Source: Minisyncoccota bacterium (GTDB taxonomy: Bacteria > Patescibacteriota > Minisyncoccia > Phycocordibacterales > Phycocordibacteraceae). Taken from it: DNA of 64,000 bases. The first letter of the stretch is position 1, and each line of letters begins with the position of its first letter. A program made the position numbers and the translations under genes. This document shows positions 21,116 to 31,315 of the stretch, one piece after another. A model generated the notes under the pieces. The model was given only the letters and a program-made list of their open reading frames with translations. It did no database searches and had not been told where the DNA came from. The stretch spans positions 16-64,015 of the forward strand of contig JALHQL010000006.1 in assembly GCA_022841985.1 (NCBI GenBank), read 5' to 3'.

Positions 21116-21212
21116 TATTCTATAAAAACTACTACCAAGCGAGTGAGGGGAGAATGAAATTCCTATTTGATTCTCCCGAACGAGCGCAGGGAGCAAGCTC
21201 GGCTCTGCGAGC

Positions 21213-21677
21213 TTACCAAGCGAAGTGAGCGAAGGCCTTGTTGGCATCGGCCATACGGTGCATCTCGTCCTTCTTCTTGATCGCATCGCCTTCATTTTTT
21301 GCAGCCAGAAGGAACTCGGCAGCAAGCTTCTCCGCCATCGGCTTACCTTTCTTTGCACGAGCGGCATTGATGAGCCAACGGAACGAAAGTGCAAGACGAC
21401 GGCTCTGTGGGACTTCGCGAGGAACTTGATAGTTTGCACCCCCGACACGGCGAGAGCGGACTTCCATCAAAGGCGAGACATTGCGGAGCGCCGCTTCAAA
21501 AGTTTCAAGCGGATTTTCACCACCCTTCTCTATCGTAGCGAGTGCATCATAGACAACGGCACGAGCAGTATCCTTCTTGCCGTCCCACATGACAGCGTTG
21601 ATAAAACGAGTGAGTGTTTCCGACCCGTACTTAAGGTCGGCACGCCAGACACGCTTCTTTTTGAGAGGTCGGCGCAT
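21213..21677 (-). CDS. rpsG: 30S ribosomal protein S7
   Basis: EVRSRRVGGANYQVP, HRMADANKAFAHF. Confidence 0.99.
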   Translation of the reverse strand: MRRPLKKKRVWRADLKYGSETLTRFINAVMWDGKKDTARAVVYDALATIEKGGENPLETFEAALRNVSPLMEVRSRRVGGANYQVPREVPQSRRLALSFRWLINAARAKKGKPMAEKLAAEFLLAAKNEGDAIKKKDEMHRMADANKAFAHFAW

Positions 21678-21679
21678 AC

Positions 21680-22093
21680 TTATTTAGCGGATGGACGCTT
21701 AGCGCCGTATCGGGAACGAGAACGACGACGTTTCTCAAGACCGCTCGTATCGAGCTTGCCGCGCACGATAGTGTACTGAACGCCGATGTCCTTCACGCGA
21801 CCTCCACGAAGTAGCACGACCGAGTGTTCCTGAAGATTATGGCCCTCGCCCGGAATGTAGGCGGATACTTCCATGCCATTGGTCAGACGGACACGGGCGA
21901 TCTTACGAATAGCGGAGTTCGGTTTCCTCGGAGTCTTTGTCGTCACCTTTGTGCACACACCACGCTTGAATGGCGATGCGTAGTAGGTCGGACGATTCTT
22001 GAGTGCATTAAAACCACGTGCAAGAGCCGGCACGGTCGTCTTGCGTGTCCGGTCTTTACGACCTCTCTTGGAGAGTTGATTGATGGTGGCCAT
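21680..22093 (-). CDS. rpsL: 30S ribosomal protein S12
   Basis: [33 protein letters not shown]. Confidence 0.99.
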   Translation of the reverse strand: MATINQLSKRGRKDRTRKTTVPALARGFNALKNRPTYYASPFKRGVCTKVTTKTPRKPNSAIRKIARVRLTNGMEVSAYIPGEGHNLQEHSVVLLRGGRVKDIGVQYTIVRGKLDTSGLEKRRRSRSRYGAKRPSAK

Positions 22094-22236
22094 GTGAGAT
22101 AAAAGAAGACCCGAGGTGGGTCAAGAGCAATATAAAGGAATCCTGAGAGAAACGCAACTCTCCTGCCCATACTTCCCTACTGGAATCGGGCAGAATGCAC
22201 GTCCGCTTTGCGAAAGGAATGGCGAGACGCCCTGTT

Positions 22237-23316
22237 TTACTTCTCATCGATTGGTTCGCGGTAAGGATCGATGGAGTATGACTTCGCCGGCTCTACCGGA
22301 GATTTGGGAGCGGCAGACGCGGGGACAGTAGGAGAAATCGGTTGTGGCTGAAGCGGCGGGACGATGGCTTTTATTGTAGGAGTGGCGGGTGTAGCTTGGA
22401 TTGGGGGAATGATGCGATTCATTCCTTCGGGGTGCCGTGTAGCAAAAGATTCGGGGACAGATTGCATTTTAGGAGCAGTAGGCAAGGTACCCACAGAAGG
22501 AGAAATGCGGACTGGTTGAGATTCCGGGATGAGAGGCTTAACTTTTGAAACGACAGGGATTGTATTCGATGACGGAGTTACGGGCATCGGAACTTTATTA
22601 AAAGCTATATGCGGCTCTTCGTGATCCGCAAGCCGCTTGCTGCTATCGAACTGTTTTGGAGGTGTCATCATGAAAGATCGTCCGGGCGGAATATTGGAAG
22701 CAGATGTTTTACTCGGCAGCTTACTTGGCGATGAAACTATCAAGTTGATGCCTCCGGAAGACTGAGGCGGTCGAACGATGTTTTTCTGCGGGACACTGAT
22801 AGGAACATTCGACGGAATGTCACGCTTTGGGATGCTTGAGAAACTAGCGGCAGGAGTAGCGAGAGGAAATTTATTTATTGGAGGAGAATATGTGGGAGAC
22901 TGCAGCGGCGGCGCGTAATTTTTTTCACGAGTAGGTATAGCTGCTGGCGTGACAGCCGCCGGCCTTGCCGGCGGCGCAGCATTCATTCCCCCGCTCCTCA
23001 TCTGCTCTCGTAGCGGCACAAAAATCTGCGTATTTATATCCTGGGCAATATTTTCTATTGTTTTTTTATCGAGTTTTGCTTCTTCAGCGAGCGCTTGAGT
23101 AAATTCAGTAGGATTCTCAATACCCATCAAAAGCAGCATCATTTCTCTCTCAAGAATTCCCCCTTGATCAATACGGAGATTGTATTTAGTTATCAGACTT
23201 TTCGCGACCTCTGTATACTTCCCCTGCGAAAGATAGTTACGTATGATTGGAGGCAAAGTTCGCATCACTTCTTTGATGCTTTCCTCGAGGGTTAAACTTG
23301 ATTGGTCTTGATTCAT
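22237..23316 (-). CDS. Hypothetical protein, helical N-terminus and Pro-rich tail ending DPYREPID
   Basis: 359-aa ORF co-oriented with upstream cluster. Confidence 0.8.
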   Translation of the reverse strand: MNQDQSSLTLEESIKEVMRTLPPIIRNYLSQGKYTEVAKSLITKYNLRIDQGGILEREMMLLLMGIENPTEFTQALAEEAKLDKKTIENIAQDINTQIFVPLREQMRSGGMNAAPPARPAAVTPAAIPTREKNYAPPLQSPTYSPPINKFPLATPAASFSSIPKRDIPSNVPISVPQKNIVRPPQSSGGINLIVSSPSKLPSKTSASNIPPGRSFMMTPPKQFDSSKRLADHEEPHIAFNKVPMPVTPSSNTIPVVSKVKPLIPESQPVRISPSVGTLPTAPKMQSVPESFATRHPEGMNRIIPPIQATPATPTIKAIVPPLQPQPISPTVPASAAPKSPVEPAKSYSIDPYREPIDEK

Positions 23317-23327
23317 AGCGGTATCGA

Positions 23328-25379
23328 TTAGTGTGGTTTCTCTTCGGGTTTATCCTTTTTTTCAGGTTTATTTTCTTTTCCTGGCTCCTCTGGTTCTTCA
23401 GCTTTAACAAGATCTTTAACTTTTTTCCATTTATCTTCCTTCTTCAAAGCATCCTTGATAATTTTATTTGCCGCAAGCGACCCGCCAGGACCGAACACAA
23501 AAGAACTTAGTAAGGATCCTTTCACATTTTCTGCATAGGCTACCTGAAACGCTTTCTTTTCTTTGGAAATATTTCCGGTCACTTTTTTCTCATTTTCCTC
23601 CGCCTCTTTAAGCGGCTTGTTTATCGTCTCAAGAGTATCTTTAATCGTCTTAAGTTCTTGACGCGCAGCGGTGAGTTTCTGTTTGGTCTCCTCATCTCTC
23701 CGAACTCGTTCCGGACCAACAATAGTGGAGCTTGAATTTTGTTTTTCTTCTTTTTCAAGATCCTCTACTGTCTTTATTTGTTTTTTTATTTTCTCTTCAA
23801 TATCTTCACCTCCCCTTGATTTGAATTTTGCTTTTTCGTCTGAAACAACTTTTTCTGCTTCTGAACGTATCTTCATCACTCCCGCGACCTCTTTTGCTTT
23901 GCGAGTATCGATATCTTCACCGACAGACTTTATGTATGCTTGGTGCGCCTTGACTGATTTGTCCTGCTGGCCTCGATAACCTCCTTCCTGCGCGGCTCCA
24001 GGATTTATTTTTCCGTCCGAAAGATTCTGAATTACCCCGGTGCTCCGTACATCATAATTGGCCTTCGCACCGTACGTAAGAGTTCCACTCACAGCACGGC
24101 CAATTACCGGAACTCGCGCAAGTTTACTCGAACTAAATCGTCTCGATGCTGCGTTAAATCCTAACCCGGCCGTAGAACGCATACCGGCAGCCGCGAGACC
24201 AAATGAGAGCTTGCCGGCGGTTTTCATCGCCCAATCGCCGCCGATGGCACCCAATTTCTTCGAGAAATACGTGACGGCAAGAAGAAGTCCCATCGCGACG
24301 GAGAAGGAGAGGAGCATACTCGCAAGTCCAGGCAAATTAAAACCTCCGCTTGTCTGAATAAACCCTAGATAATCAGGCTTGGGGCCGAACCGCAGGAAGC
24401 TTGGATCGGTAATAATCGCAAGAGCTATATAGAGCAAAAGGAGTAAAATCGGCGCAGTAATAGTCTGTTTAATAAGCGTATCCCACCACATCTGCGACGT
24501 AGAAGCGAGTTGCGGCACTGCCCATCCTGCAAAACCTATGGGCGAGAGAAGAATGAGGAAGATGAGCACAATAAAACGCACGATGAGTATAAACGCGAGC
24601 GAGAACATCACGAAGGCAGCAACGATAAAGAGCAAGATGCCTAGCATGCCGATGAACATAATATTGTCGCCCTGAAATACCGGTATGGTGTTATTACGAG
24701 CCGCTCCATATAAATTAGCCAATCCAAGATTGGACATGATTTTTTGCGAGATAACTTCATTTGAAATGGAAGACCCTGCTGACCCGGCCTGTGTCAATAC
24801 ATCCCCGCCTGACACAGAAAGTGTTGATCCCGGCATCTGACCACCGTTTATCTGCTTATAAAACTGTGTGGCGAAGAGATTGCCCGCGTCAATAATCGCC
24901 GAAGTCGCGAAAAGTGAAAAATTCATAAATACGGCGGCGATAATCAACATCGGAATCATCTTTTTTCCACCACCATACCAATCCACGTTTAATATGGTGG
25001 TTATGCCGATAGCGAGAAAGCCGAATATGAGCAAAATGTTTCCGATGTCACGCAAGATGCGCCAAGCGACGCCAACCGCCTGAAGTTCTTTCACATACTC
25101 CCCCATTTTAACGACGGTGTAGAACACTGCGTAATCGAGCGTTACCATCGCAATGCCCAAGAGCCAGGCAAAAATGCTCATGATCTTTTGCATGACGGTA
25201 CCAATTACATTATCTGCGGAAGCGCCAAAACTAAGTGGTATTTCTTCAGAAACATCATTTGTGGGTGCTTGTTCGATAGCTGGAGGAGACGTCTGTGCAT
25301 ACGCGGCGGGCACTAAAGCGCCCGCCGCGCTTATGATAAGAGCGAGAGAGATGCCCGAAATGGTTAAGAATCGTCGCAT
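23328..25379 (-). CDS. Polytopic membrane protein, TrbL/VirB6-like architecture
   Basis: Signal peptide, about 8-9 hydrophobic segments (WRILRDIGN, LILLSPIGF), Gly-rich region, C-terminal coiled coil. Confidence 0.75.
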   Translation of the reverse strand: MRRFLTISGISLALIISAAGALVPAAYAQTSPPAIEQAPTNDVSEEIPLSFGASADNVIGTVMQKIMSIFAWLLGIAMVTLDYAVFYTVVKMGEYVKELQAVGVAWRILRDIGNILLIFGFLAIGITTILNVDWYGGGKKMIPMLIIAAVFMNFSLFATSAIIDAGNLFATQFYKQINGGQMPGSTLSVSGGDVLTQAGSAGSSISNEVISQKIMSNLGLANLYGAARNNTIPVFQGDNIMFIGMLGILLFIVAAFVMFSLAFILIVRFIVLIFLILLSPIGFAGWAVPQLASTSQMWWDTLIKQTITAPILLLLLYIALAIITDPSFLRFGPKPDYLGFIQTSGGFNLPGLASMLLSFSVAMGLLLAVTYFSKKLGAIGGDWAMKTAGKLSFGLAAAGMRSTAGLGFNAASRRFSSSKLARVPVIGRAVSGTLTYGAKANYDVRSTGVIQNLSDGKINPGAAQEGGYRGQQDKSVKAHQAYIKSVGEDIDTRKAKEVAGVMKIRSEAEKVVSDEKAKFKSRGGEDIEEKIKKQIKTVEDLEKEEKQNSSSTIVGPERVRRDEETKQKLTAARQELKTIKDTLETINKPLKEAEENEKKVTGNISKEKKAFQVAYAENVKGSLLSSFVFGPGGSLAANKIIKDALKKEDKWKKVKDLVKAEEPEEPGKENKPEKKDKPEEKPH

Positions 25380-25381
25380 AT

Positions 25382-27316
25382 TTAAGGGCCGAAACTGCTA
25401 GATGTAGCCACAGGGGCAGTGCAGACCGATCGAAGCGCAACTGCATTTGCACTGATGAGATTCAGTCGGTCAATAAGGAAACTTCCTGAGACTGCAAGAG
25501 AGCCGGGCGGATTTGCCGCCGCAGTCGTTTCAAAGGATGTCACCGAATCCTGTTGTGCTGTTGCAAGATCAGTAAGTGTTGGCGGCATGGTCCGAAGCGT
25601 CTCCAAGTCGGCAGCATACTCGGCGGCAGCTGCGTCAGTGTCCGAGTATCCGCCTTGTATCTTCTGTACCAATGCGCGAGCAGCGGTAATGGCCGTGGAG
25701 GCTGAGTCTATTTTCGAGATGGTCGGAGCTATGTGTGTTGTGAGTGCGTTCTGTGCAGCATTTATTTGAGCGGTACTGATGCTCATAAAATCTGTGAGAG
25801 TTATTTGATTCGTGGAATTTGTTGATGGTGCACCACCAATCGCCAATGTGCTTGAGGCGATTAGTTGCTGAGCGACACAGTACTGTATAAGGGATGCAAC
25901 ACTCGTTGATGCAGTGTTCGCAGGGCCCCGGATAATCTGTATAGCTGACTCATACTGTGCTACGCGATCCAACATATTAGAACCGGAGAACGGAAGTGCC
26001 GCAGCACCTGATAACACCGTCGAGTTTGTAGAGCCTAAGTTACCTGATGAATTTGCATACGCCTGAAGGCCAGACCTATTTTGTCCCGGGGTAGGAGTGT
26101 CAACCCCGAGGAGGCCGCCGGAACCGGGACCGCCAAGGATTTGTGATGCAAATTGCACTGTTTTCAAGACTTCTGCCATGTTGGATAAAATTTGATTGAT
26201 TTGCGGGCCAACATTTCCCATACGGACGACATTGTCCTGTTGGCCGCCAAGCGCCTTATTGAGGCCCGCCACAATAACTGAACCCGGTGTCTTGATTGTG
26301 CCCGTCGTACCGTCAGCATTCGTACAGGGATCTCCAGGAGTAACTCCGAGAGAAGTGTTGCCGGCGTTTGCCGCTCTGGCGCGATTAAAAGCATCGGATT
26401 TTGCGGCAGCAGAAGCAGCCAGAGCGAGCTCAACTGCCCCAGACTCGTTACCAGCAGCAACGGCAGCATTGTAGGCCTGATCATAGGCATCATTGGCTGC
26501 CTGATCGATGGCAGCGGCATGTGCGCCAGAAACGGCGCCCGTCGACATTGAGCCAAGGAAGCCGTCACTGCTGCCACACCACGATACGAAACCGTCGCCG
26601 TGTGCAAGGTCTTTGAGACGCGCACCTGTAGCGCCGCCCACGCCTGGACCAATGAGTGCCGCGAGCTGGTTCTGCGTTGCCGGGTAAACCATGTATGGAT
26701 TATTTTGAACTTGGGTCGTAAGAGCAAACCACGCTCCAACGCCCCCAAGTCTCCAATTACCATTAAGGTAGCCGGTGATGTTCGGTGATGTTCTCCGGAG
26801 TGTATCCATATTTTGAGCCCAGAACCCGGCAAGACTTGTTTTATTTAAGTATTCCTTACTCAATTGAGATATGATCGCCGTATTCCATGGCGATCGTGAA
26901 CTGCGTACATATTGGTCAAAAAACGCGAGCGTGTGCGTATCTGACACTGTCTGTAAAGATGTTTGTATGTCCGCCACAAACTGCGGAATACCCGTGCCAT
27001 TGGCCTTGCCAATCACGAAGGCTATAGTACCCGCGGTCATCATCTTTAGCAGATTCCCTGATAGGACGAAAGCGAGCGGCTGAAGAACATACGCGTTGAT
27101 CTGAAGCGCGATGAGTGCAGCATCGGAGGTGACAGCCGCAATAGAACTAATAGACTCCTTAACGACACTTATGGTATTTGCAACGAGGTTGCTAGGGTCT
27201 AAAACAGTAGAGAAGAATGCGTGCGCAGGTTTTGGCGCAACGAAAAATGCCGAGGGCATAATGAGCACAACGGTAAGGAGTATCGTAAGGGCCTTACTAA
27301 AAAGACGCGATTTCAT
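25382..27316 (-). CDS. Secreted Ala/Gly-rich protein
   Basis: Signal peptide ending PAHA, then VLDPSN motif; 644 aa. Confidence 0.8.
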   Translation of the reverse strand: MKSRLFSKALTILLTVVLIMPSAFFVAPKPAHAFFSTVLDPSNLVANTISVVKESISSIAAVTSDAALIALQINAYVLQPLAFVLSGNLLKMMTAGTIAFVIGKANGTGIPQFVADIQTSLQTVSDTHTLAFFDQYVRSSRSPWNTAIISQLSKEYLNKTSLAGFWAQNMDTLRRTSPNITGYLNGNWRLGGVGAWFALTTQVQNNPYMVYPATQNQLAALIGPGVGGATGARLKDLAHGDGFVSWCGSSDGFLGSMSTGAVSGAHAAAIDQAANDAYDQAYNAAVAAGNESGAVELALAASAAAKSDAFNRARAANAGNTSLGVTPGDPCTNADGTTGTIKTPGSVIVAGLNKALGGQQDNVVRMGNVGPQINQILSNMAEVLKTVQFASQILGGPGSGGLLGVDTPTPGQNRSGLQAYANSSGNLGSTNSTVLSGAAALPFSGSNMLDRVAQYESAIQIIRGPANTASTSVASLIQYCVAQQLIASSTLAIGGAPSTNSTNQITLTDFMSISTAQINAAQNALTTHIAPTISKIDSASTAITAARALVQKIQGGYSDTDAAAAEYAADLETLRTMPPTLTDLATAQQDSVTSFETTAAANPPGSLAVSGSFLIDRLNLISANAVALRSVCTAPVATSSSFGP

Positions 27317-28347
27317 GGCTTCTTCGTGACCTGCTGACTTGCAGCAATGTCCAGTATCAAATTCACGAAAGAAGCACCCGGGGAACCAGAAGGAAGAGAA
27401 ATGCCAGCGGTCTTATATATCTCGCCGATATGTATAAATGCATTACCGAGATTAAGCACTGCCTGCGGGTACTGCTTTAACGCAAGAATTGTTACCAGAG
27501 GATCATCATTCACCTTAGCGAAGTCGGAGGCAATTTGGCTCATACGCATCATCGCATTAACAAGTGCGAGATTCTCCCCAGCAATCTCTGTAGGTACGCG
27601 AAGTACAGAAAGCCCAATCGCCGAGTCTCTATATACTTTCGAAATTGAGGCGACATGCGAAAGTGCTGCCGTATCATTATTTTCAACTGCTCGTTTTAGA
27701 TAATGTATCTCGCTTGTTGTTGCAGTACTCATATTTTTCATGAGCACTGCTTCTGCCTTTATGGCAAATTCTTTAAGCGCCTCTGGACCTGACCCTGCAA
27801 CTACGAGATCTTTTGCTGATTTGAAATCGGGTGCGACATCCATAAATGCTGAAATCGAACTCAATGCCTCGTCGGCAACACTCTGCATTTCGCTTTCAGA
27901 GAGATCTGCTCCGCCGTTCGCCTTTTTCGCTTTGACGAAGAGCGCAAAGAAAGTCTTTGCGAAGGTGTCAGTGAGCGTCCCTTCTTTTGGCGCGGGAGGG
28001 AGACCGTCTGAATCGAGAGAAGATGGAGAGGTGTCTGTTGTAGGAATGTCAGCAACCGAAAGCGGCACAATGAGCCCCCGAGAAACCGCCTCGCCATCGG
28101 TCATACCGAGATTTGAAGTGTCGATGACGCGTGGATCAGTGCCGTATAACGCCTCTTCCCAATCAGAAAGGCCGTCTCCGTCTGAATCCTTCGTTGCAAT
28201 GGCTTGGAGAAGCGCCGACTCGGTGGACGCACTGACTGTCGAAGGCGATTCAATACCGCGCACGATGACATATACACTAGCAAGAAGCGCTACCGAGAAG
28301 AGTGTTGCAGCGAGCGTACGCCAATTTTCAATAATTCTTTCCTTCAT
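27313..28347 (-). CDS. Membrane-anchored protein with DxDxDG (thrombospondin-3-like) Ca-binding motif
   Basis: N-terminal TM, DSDGDGLSDWEEALYGTDP. Confidence 0.8.
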   Translation of the reverse strand: MKERIIENWRTLAATLFSVALLASVYVIVRGIESPSTVSASTESALLQAIATKDSDGDGLSDWEEALYGTDPRVIDTSNLGMTDGEAVSRGLIVPLSVADIPTTDTSPSSLDSDGLPPAPKEGTLTDTFAKTFFALFVKAKKANGGADLSESEMQSVADEALSSISAFMDVAPDFKSAKDLVVAGSGPEALKEFAIKAEAVLMKNMSTATTSEIHYLKRAVENNDTAALSHVASISKVYRDSAIGLSVLRVPTEIAGENLALVNAMMRMSQIASDFAKVNDDPLVTILALKQYPQAVLNLGNAFIHIGEIYKTAGISLPSGSPGASFVNLILDIAASQQVTKKP

Positions 28348-28452
28348 AGCGTCATCCCAAAGTATAGCAGTCCTAGCTGGAAAAGAAGTGACTATATCCT
28401 CAAATAAGTGTACATCCGAACTATCTCAAGGTTTTTTGTGAAGGTCAGACCT

Positions 28453-29211
28453 TCACAAACTACTCAAAGCTAACCATGTTGAAAGAGGGAGATCTTCGGC
28501 ACGTGCTTTAAAAGGGATACTTCCATCAGAGAGACCTGCATCAATTAGATTATTTTGTACAAATTTGCGCTTATGGGCAAAACCCGCGTGAATAAGAGCA
28601 AAGAATCGCTGCTCTTCTTCTCGCGTGGAGAAGTTTTTACGGGAAATATTACGAATAGTGAGCACGGCAGAATCTACCTGTGGTGCAGGCACGAAGGCAC
28701 CGCGCGGCACTGAGAATTCAAGCTTTGGCGTACCGTATGCTTTTACTGAGAGCGACAGAATACTCTCTTTTTTAGAGCGCGCGATGCGTTCTGCGACTTC
28801 CTTTTGCACAAGAAGAGTCATTATGCTTGGCTGATTTTCCGATTCGAGAAACATTCTAAATATTTCGCCTGTCAGGTAGTACGGAATATTCGCAACGAGA
28901 GCATAGCCTTTGGGGAGTGTGGCGATATCGAAAGTACGGATGTCGCCATGAATGAGTTCTAGTCTCTGTTCCGAAACATCCTTCGCGAAATCAGTTTGTA
29001 ACTTTAGGAAAAGTTCGTAATCTGCTTCAAGAGAGATCACCTTCCCTACTCGCTTCAAGAGTTCCCTGGTAAGCATGCCCGTACCCGGACCAATTTCAAA
29101 CGCGACAGCATCCGAAGCAAGCTCAGACACAAGGACTATGCGTTCCGCGATACGCGCATGCATCAGAAAATTTTGCCCTAACGATTTTTTCGCTTTAAAA
29201 AAAGATGTCAT
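28453..29211 (-). CDS. rsmA: 16S rRNA m6,2A dimethyltransferase
   Basis: KKSLGQNFL, EIGPGTG, VANIPYY, QKEVAERI, PQVDSAV. Confidence 0.97.
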   Translation of the reverse strand: MTSFFKAKKSLGQNFLMHARIAERIVLVSELASDAVAFEIGPGTGMLTRELLKRVGKVISLEADYELFLKLQTDFAKDVSEQRLELIHGDIRTFDIATLPKGYALVANIPYYLTGEIFRMFLESENQPSIMTLLVQKEVAERIARSKKESILSLSVKAYGTPKLEFSVPRGAFVPAPQVDSAVLTIRNISRKNFSTREEEQRFFALIHAGFAHKRKFVQNNLIDAGLSDGSIPFKARAEDLPLSTWLALSSL

Positions 29212-31105
29212 GGTCTTCAGTCTCATCAAGAAGTACAAGCGAGTTATCGATATCTGCGAGAAACGAGGAGGGTTCCGCTGCGGTATCGGTGCCATAAATC
29301 TTGCGAACTCGCGCGAGTGTCAGGAAAAGACGATCCTTTGCGCGTGTCATCGCAACATAAAAGAGTCGTCGCTCCTCTTCTTCGTCTCGATCTTTCTCTC
29401 CACCCATACCTTGATGAGGGAATAATCCCTCCTCCATACCACTCACGAACACCGTACCGAACTCAAGACCCTTCGCAGCATGGACCGTCATGAGCGTAAC
29501 GCCCGTCTTCTCCCCTTGATCCAACTCATCCTGATCGCTCGCGAGCGCAGACTCAGCAAGAAATGCTGCAATACCTTCTTTACCAACATTCTCATCGTGC
29601 CGTGCGGCTACGGAAGCAATCTCCTCGACGTTCTCGAAGCGCTCGCGGTCTTCTGCACTACCCTCTTCAAAAAGAGCTCGTCGCATACCGCTCTTCTCAA
29701 TGACAAGCCGTACGAAAGCAGAAGGAGTCAGCGCGGACGCCGCTTGTGAAAGTTCGGCAATGATGAGCTCAAACTGTTCAACTTTTGCAAGCTCACCTGC
29801 GCGCAAAAGTGATCGCTGTCCCGCCGCCAGTTTGCCGAGAGTCACTTTGCCAATACCGCGCGGCGGCGAAGCCGCCGCGCGCAGCTTATCGACCTCGCGA
29901 GTAGGCTCCATCGCAAGACGTATCCACGCGAGTGCGTCCTTCACCTCCTTGCGCGCGAAGAAATGCGTCCCCAACAATTTATACGGCACGCCTGCACGCA
30001 AAAGCCCTTCTTCAAGCGCTCGCGACTGAAAATTTGTACGGAAAAGTATAGCGATATCTTCGGGCTTCGTTCCTTTTTTCATCAACTCCCGTATCTTGAG
30101 AGCAATCCACCGCGCCTCATCCTCGGCGCTCCTCGCCATATGGACGACGATAGACTCACCCGCCGCCTGTTCAGTCGTCGAGTATTTTTCCTTGCGATTT
30201 TTGTTCTTTTCGATAACAGCATTCGCCGCATCCACCAAATTCTTCGTCGAACGATAGTTTCGCTCAAGAATAATCGTCTGAGACTCTGGATATTTCTTAT
30301 CGAACTCGAGTAGATTTTCAATTGTCGCACCACGCCAGGTATAAATAGTCTGATCAATATCACCAACGACAAAAAGATTCCGGTGTTTCTCTGCAAGTAT
30401 ATTTGTAAGCCTGCCTTGGAGCGCGTTCGTATCCTGGTACTCATCAATGTGTAGATACTGCCAACGATCCTGTGCGAGTGCTCGGACGTCGGCGTGTTCT
30501 TGAAGCATACGCACCGGAAGCGCAATAAGATCATCAAAGTCGAGTGACTTTTCAGCAGCAAGTGTTTTCTCATACCGTAACCACACTTCTGCCGTGATGC
30601 GCGCACCGAAACCGCTGCGTGCATTCTTCTCATAGAACTCGTTTGCACGCATTCCCTCCCCTTTCGCGCGAGAGATGCGGCCCAAAACGGCTCGTGGCGA
30701 GAGCTCTTTCGTATCTACATCAAGCGCCTTCAGTGCTGCGGCGATAGCTTTTTCAGAATCGTCACGGTCGTAGACACTGAAGAAGCGCGGAACGCCAATA
30801 ACTTTGCCATACTTTTCGAGCAATTCTCGACCGAGACCGTGAAAGGTGGCCACGAACGGAGACTCCGATAAATTTTCTTCGCCGAGCATTGTGCGAACCC
30901 GCGCACGCATTTCACGAGCGGATTTATTGGTGAAAGTAACCGCAAGAATTTGATTCGCAGGAATACCTTCACGAATAAGATGGTAGATACGCGTCGTAAG
31001 AACGCGCGTTTTACCACTTCCCGCACCTGCAAGAACTGAAATAGGTCCGTCCTTCGCAAGCACTGCAAGCTTCTGCGCATCATTTAATCCTTCAAGGTAA
31101 TTCAC
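29195..31105 (-). CDS. pcrA: ATP-dependent DNA helicase PcrA/UvrD
   Basis: AGAGSGKTRV, DEYQDTN, NYRST, TVHAAKGLEF, EERRLFYVAMTRA; GTG start chosen. Confidence 0.96.
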   Translation of the reverse strand: MNYLEGLNDAQKLAVLAKDGPISVLAGAGSGKTRVLTTRIYHLIREGIPANQILAVTFTNKSAREMRARVRTMLGEENLSESPFVATFHGLGRELLEKYGKVIGVPRFFSVYDRDDSEKAIAAALKALDVDTKELSPRAVLGRISRAKGEGMRANEFYEKNARSGFGARITAEVWLRYEKTLAAEKSLDFDDLIALPVRMLQEHADVRALAQDRWQYLHIDEYQDTNALQGRLTNILAEKHRNLFVVGDIDQTIYTWRGATIENLLEFDKKYPESQTIILERNYRSTKNLVDAANAVIEKNKNRKEKYSTTEQAAGESIVVHMARSAEDEARWIALKIRELMKKGTKPEDIAILFRTNFQSRALEEGLLRAGVPYKLLGTHFFARKEVKDALAWIRLAMEPTREVDKLRAAASPPRGIGKVTLGKLAAGQRSLLRAGELAKVEQFELIIAELSQAASALTPSAFVRLVIEKSGMRRALFEEGSAEDRERFENVEEIASVAARHDENVGKEGIAAFLAESALASDQDELDQGEKTGVTLMTVHAAKGLEFGTVFVSGMEEGLFPHQGMGGEKDRDEEEERRLFYVAMTRAKDRLFLTLARVRKIYGTDTAAEPSSFLADIDNSLVLLDETEDHDIFF

Positions 31106-31315
31106 CCTTCGAATATAACGCACAAATGGCTTTCCACAGCTATCGGATTAAGCCGTTGACTACCGGCTCCACTCGGCTATACTCTTTGTATCGACTGATA
31201 CGGATGTATTCAAGAAATGGCTTATGTACTTGGTATATAGGCCATTTTTGTATGAGCAGACCCACCGCGTTCCCCCTGTTTACCTATTGAATTAAATAAA
31301 AAACTTCTCGCCTCG

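Noticed and set aside
3388-22102. Numerous antisense and alternative-frame ORFs over ribosomal, tuf and fusA genes, and over-extended 5' ends in the track
   Set aside because: They overlap conserved genes; starts were trimmed to family-typical N-termini.
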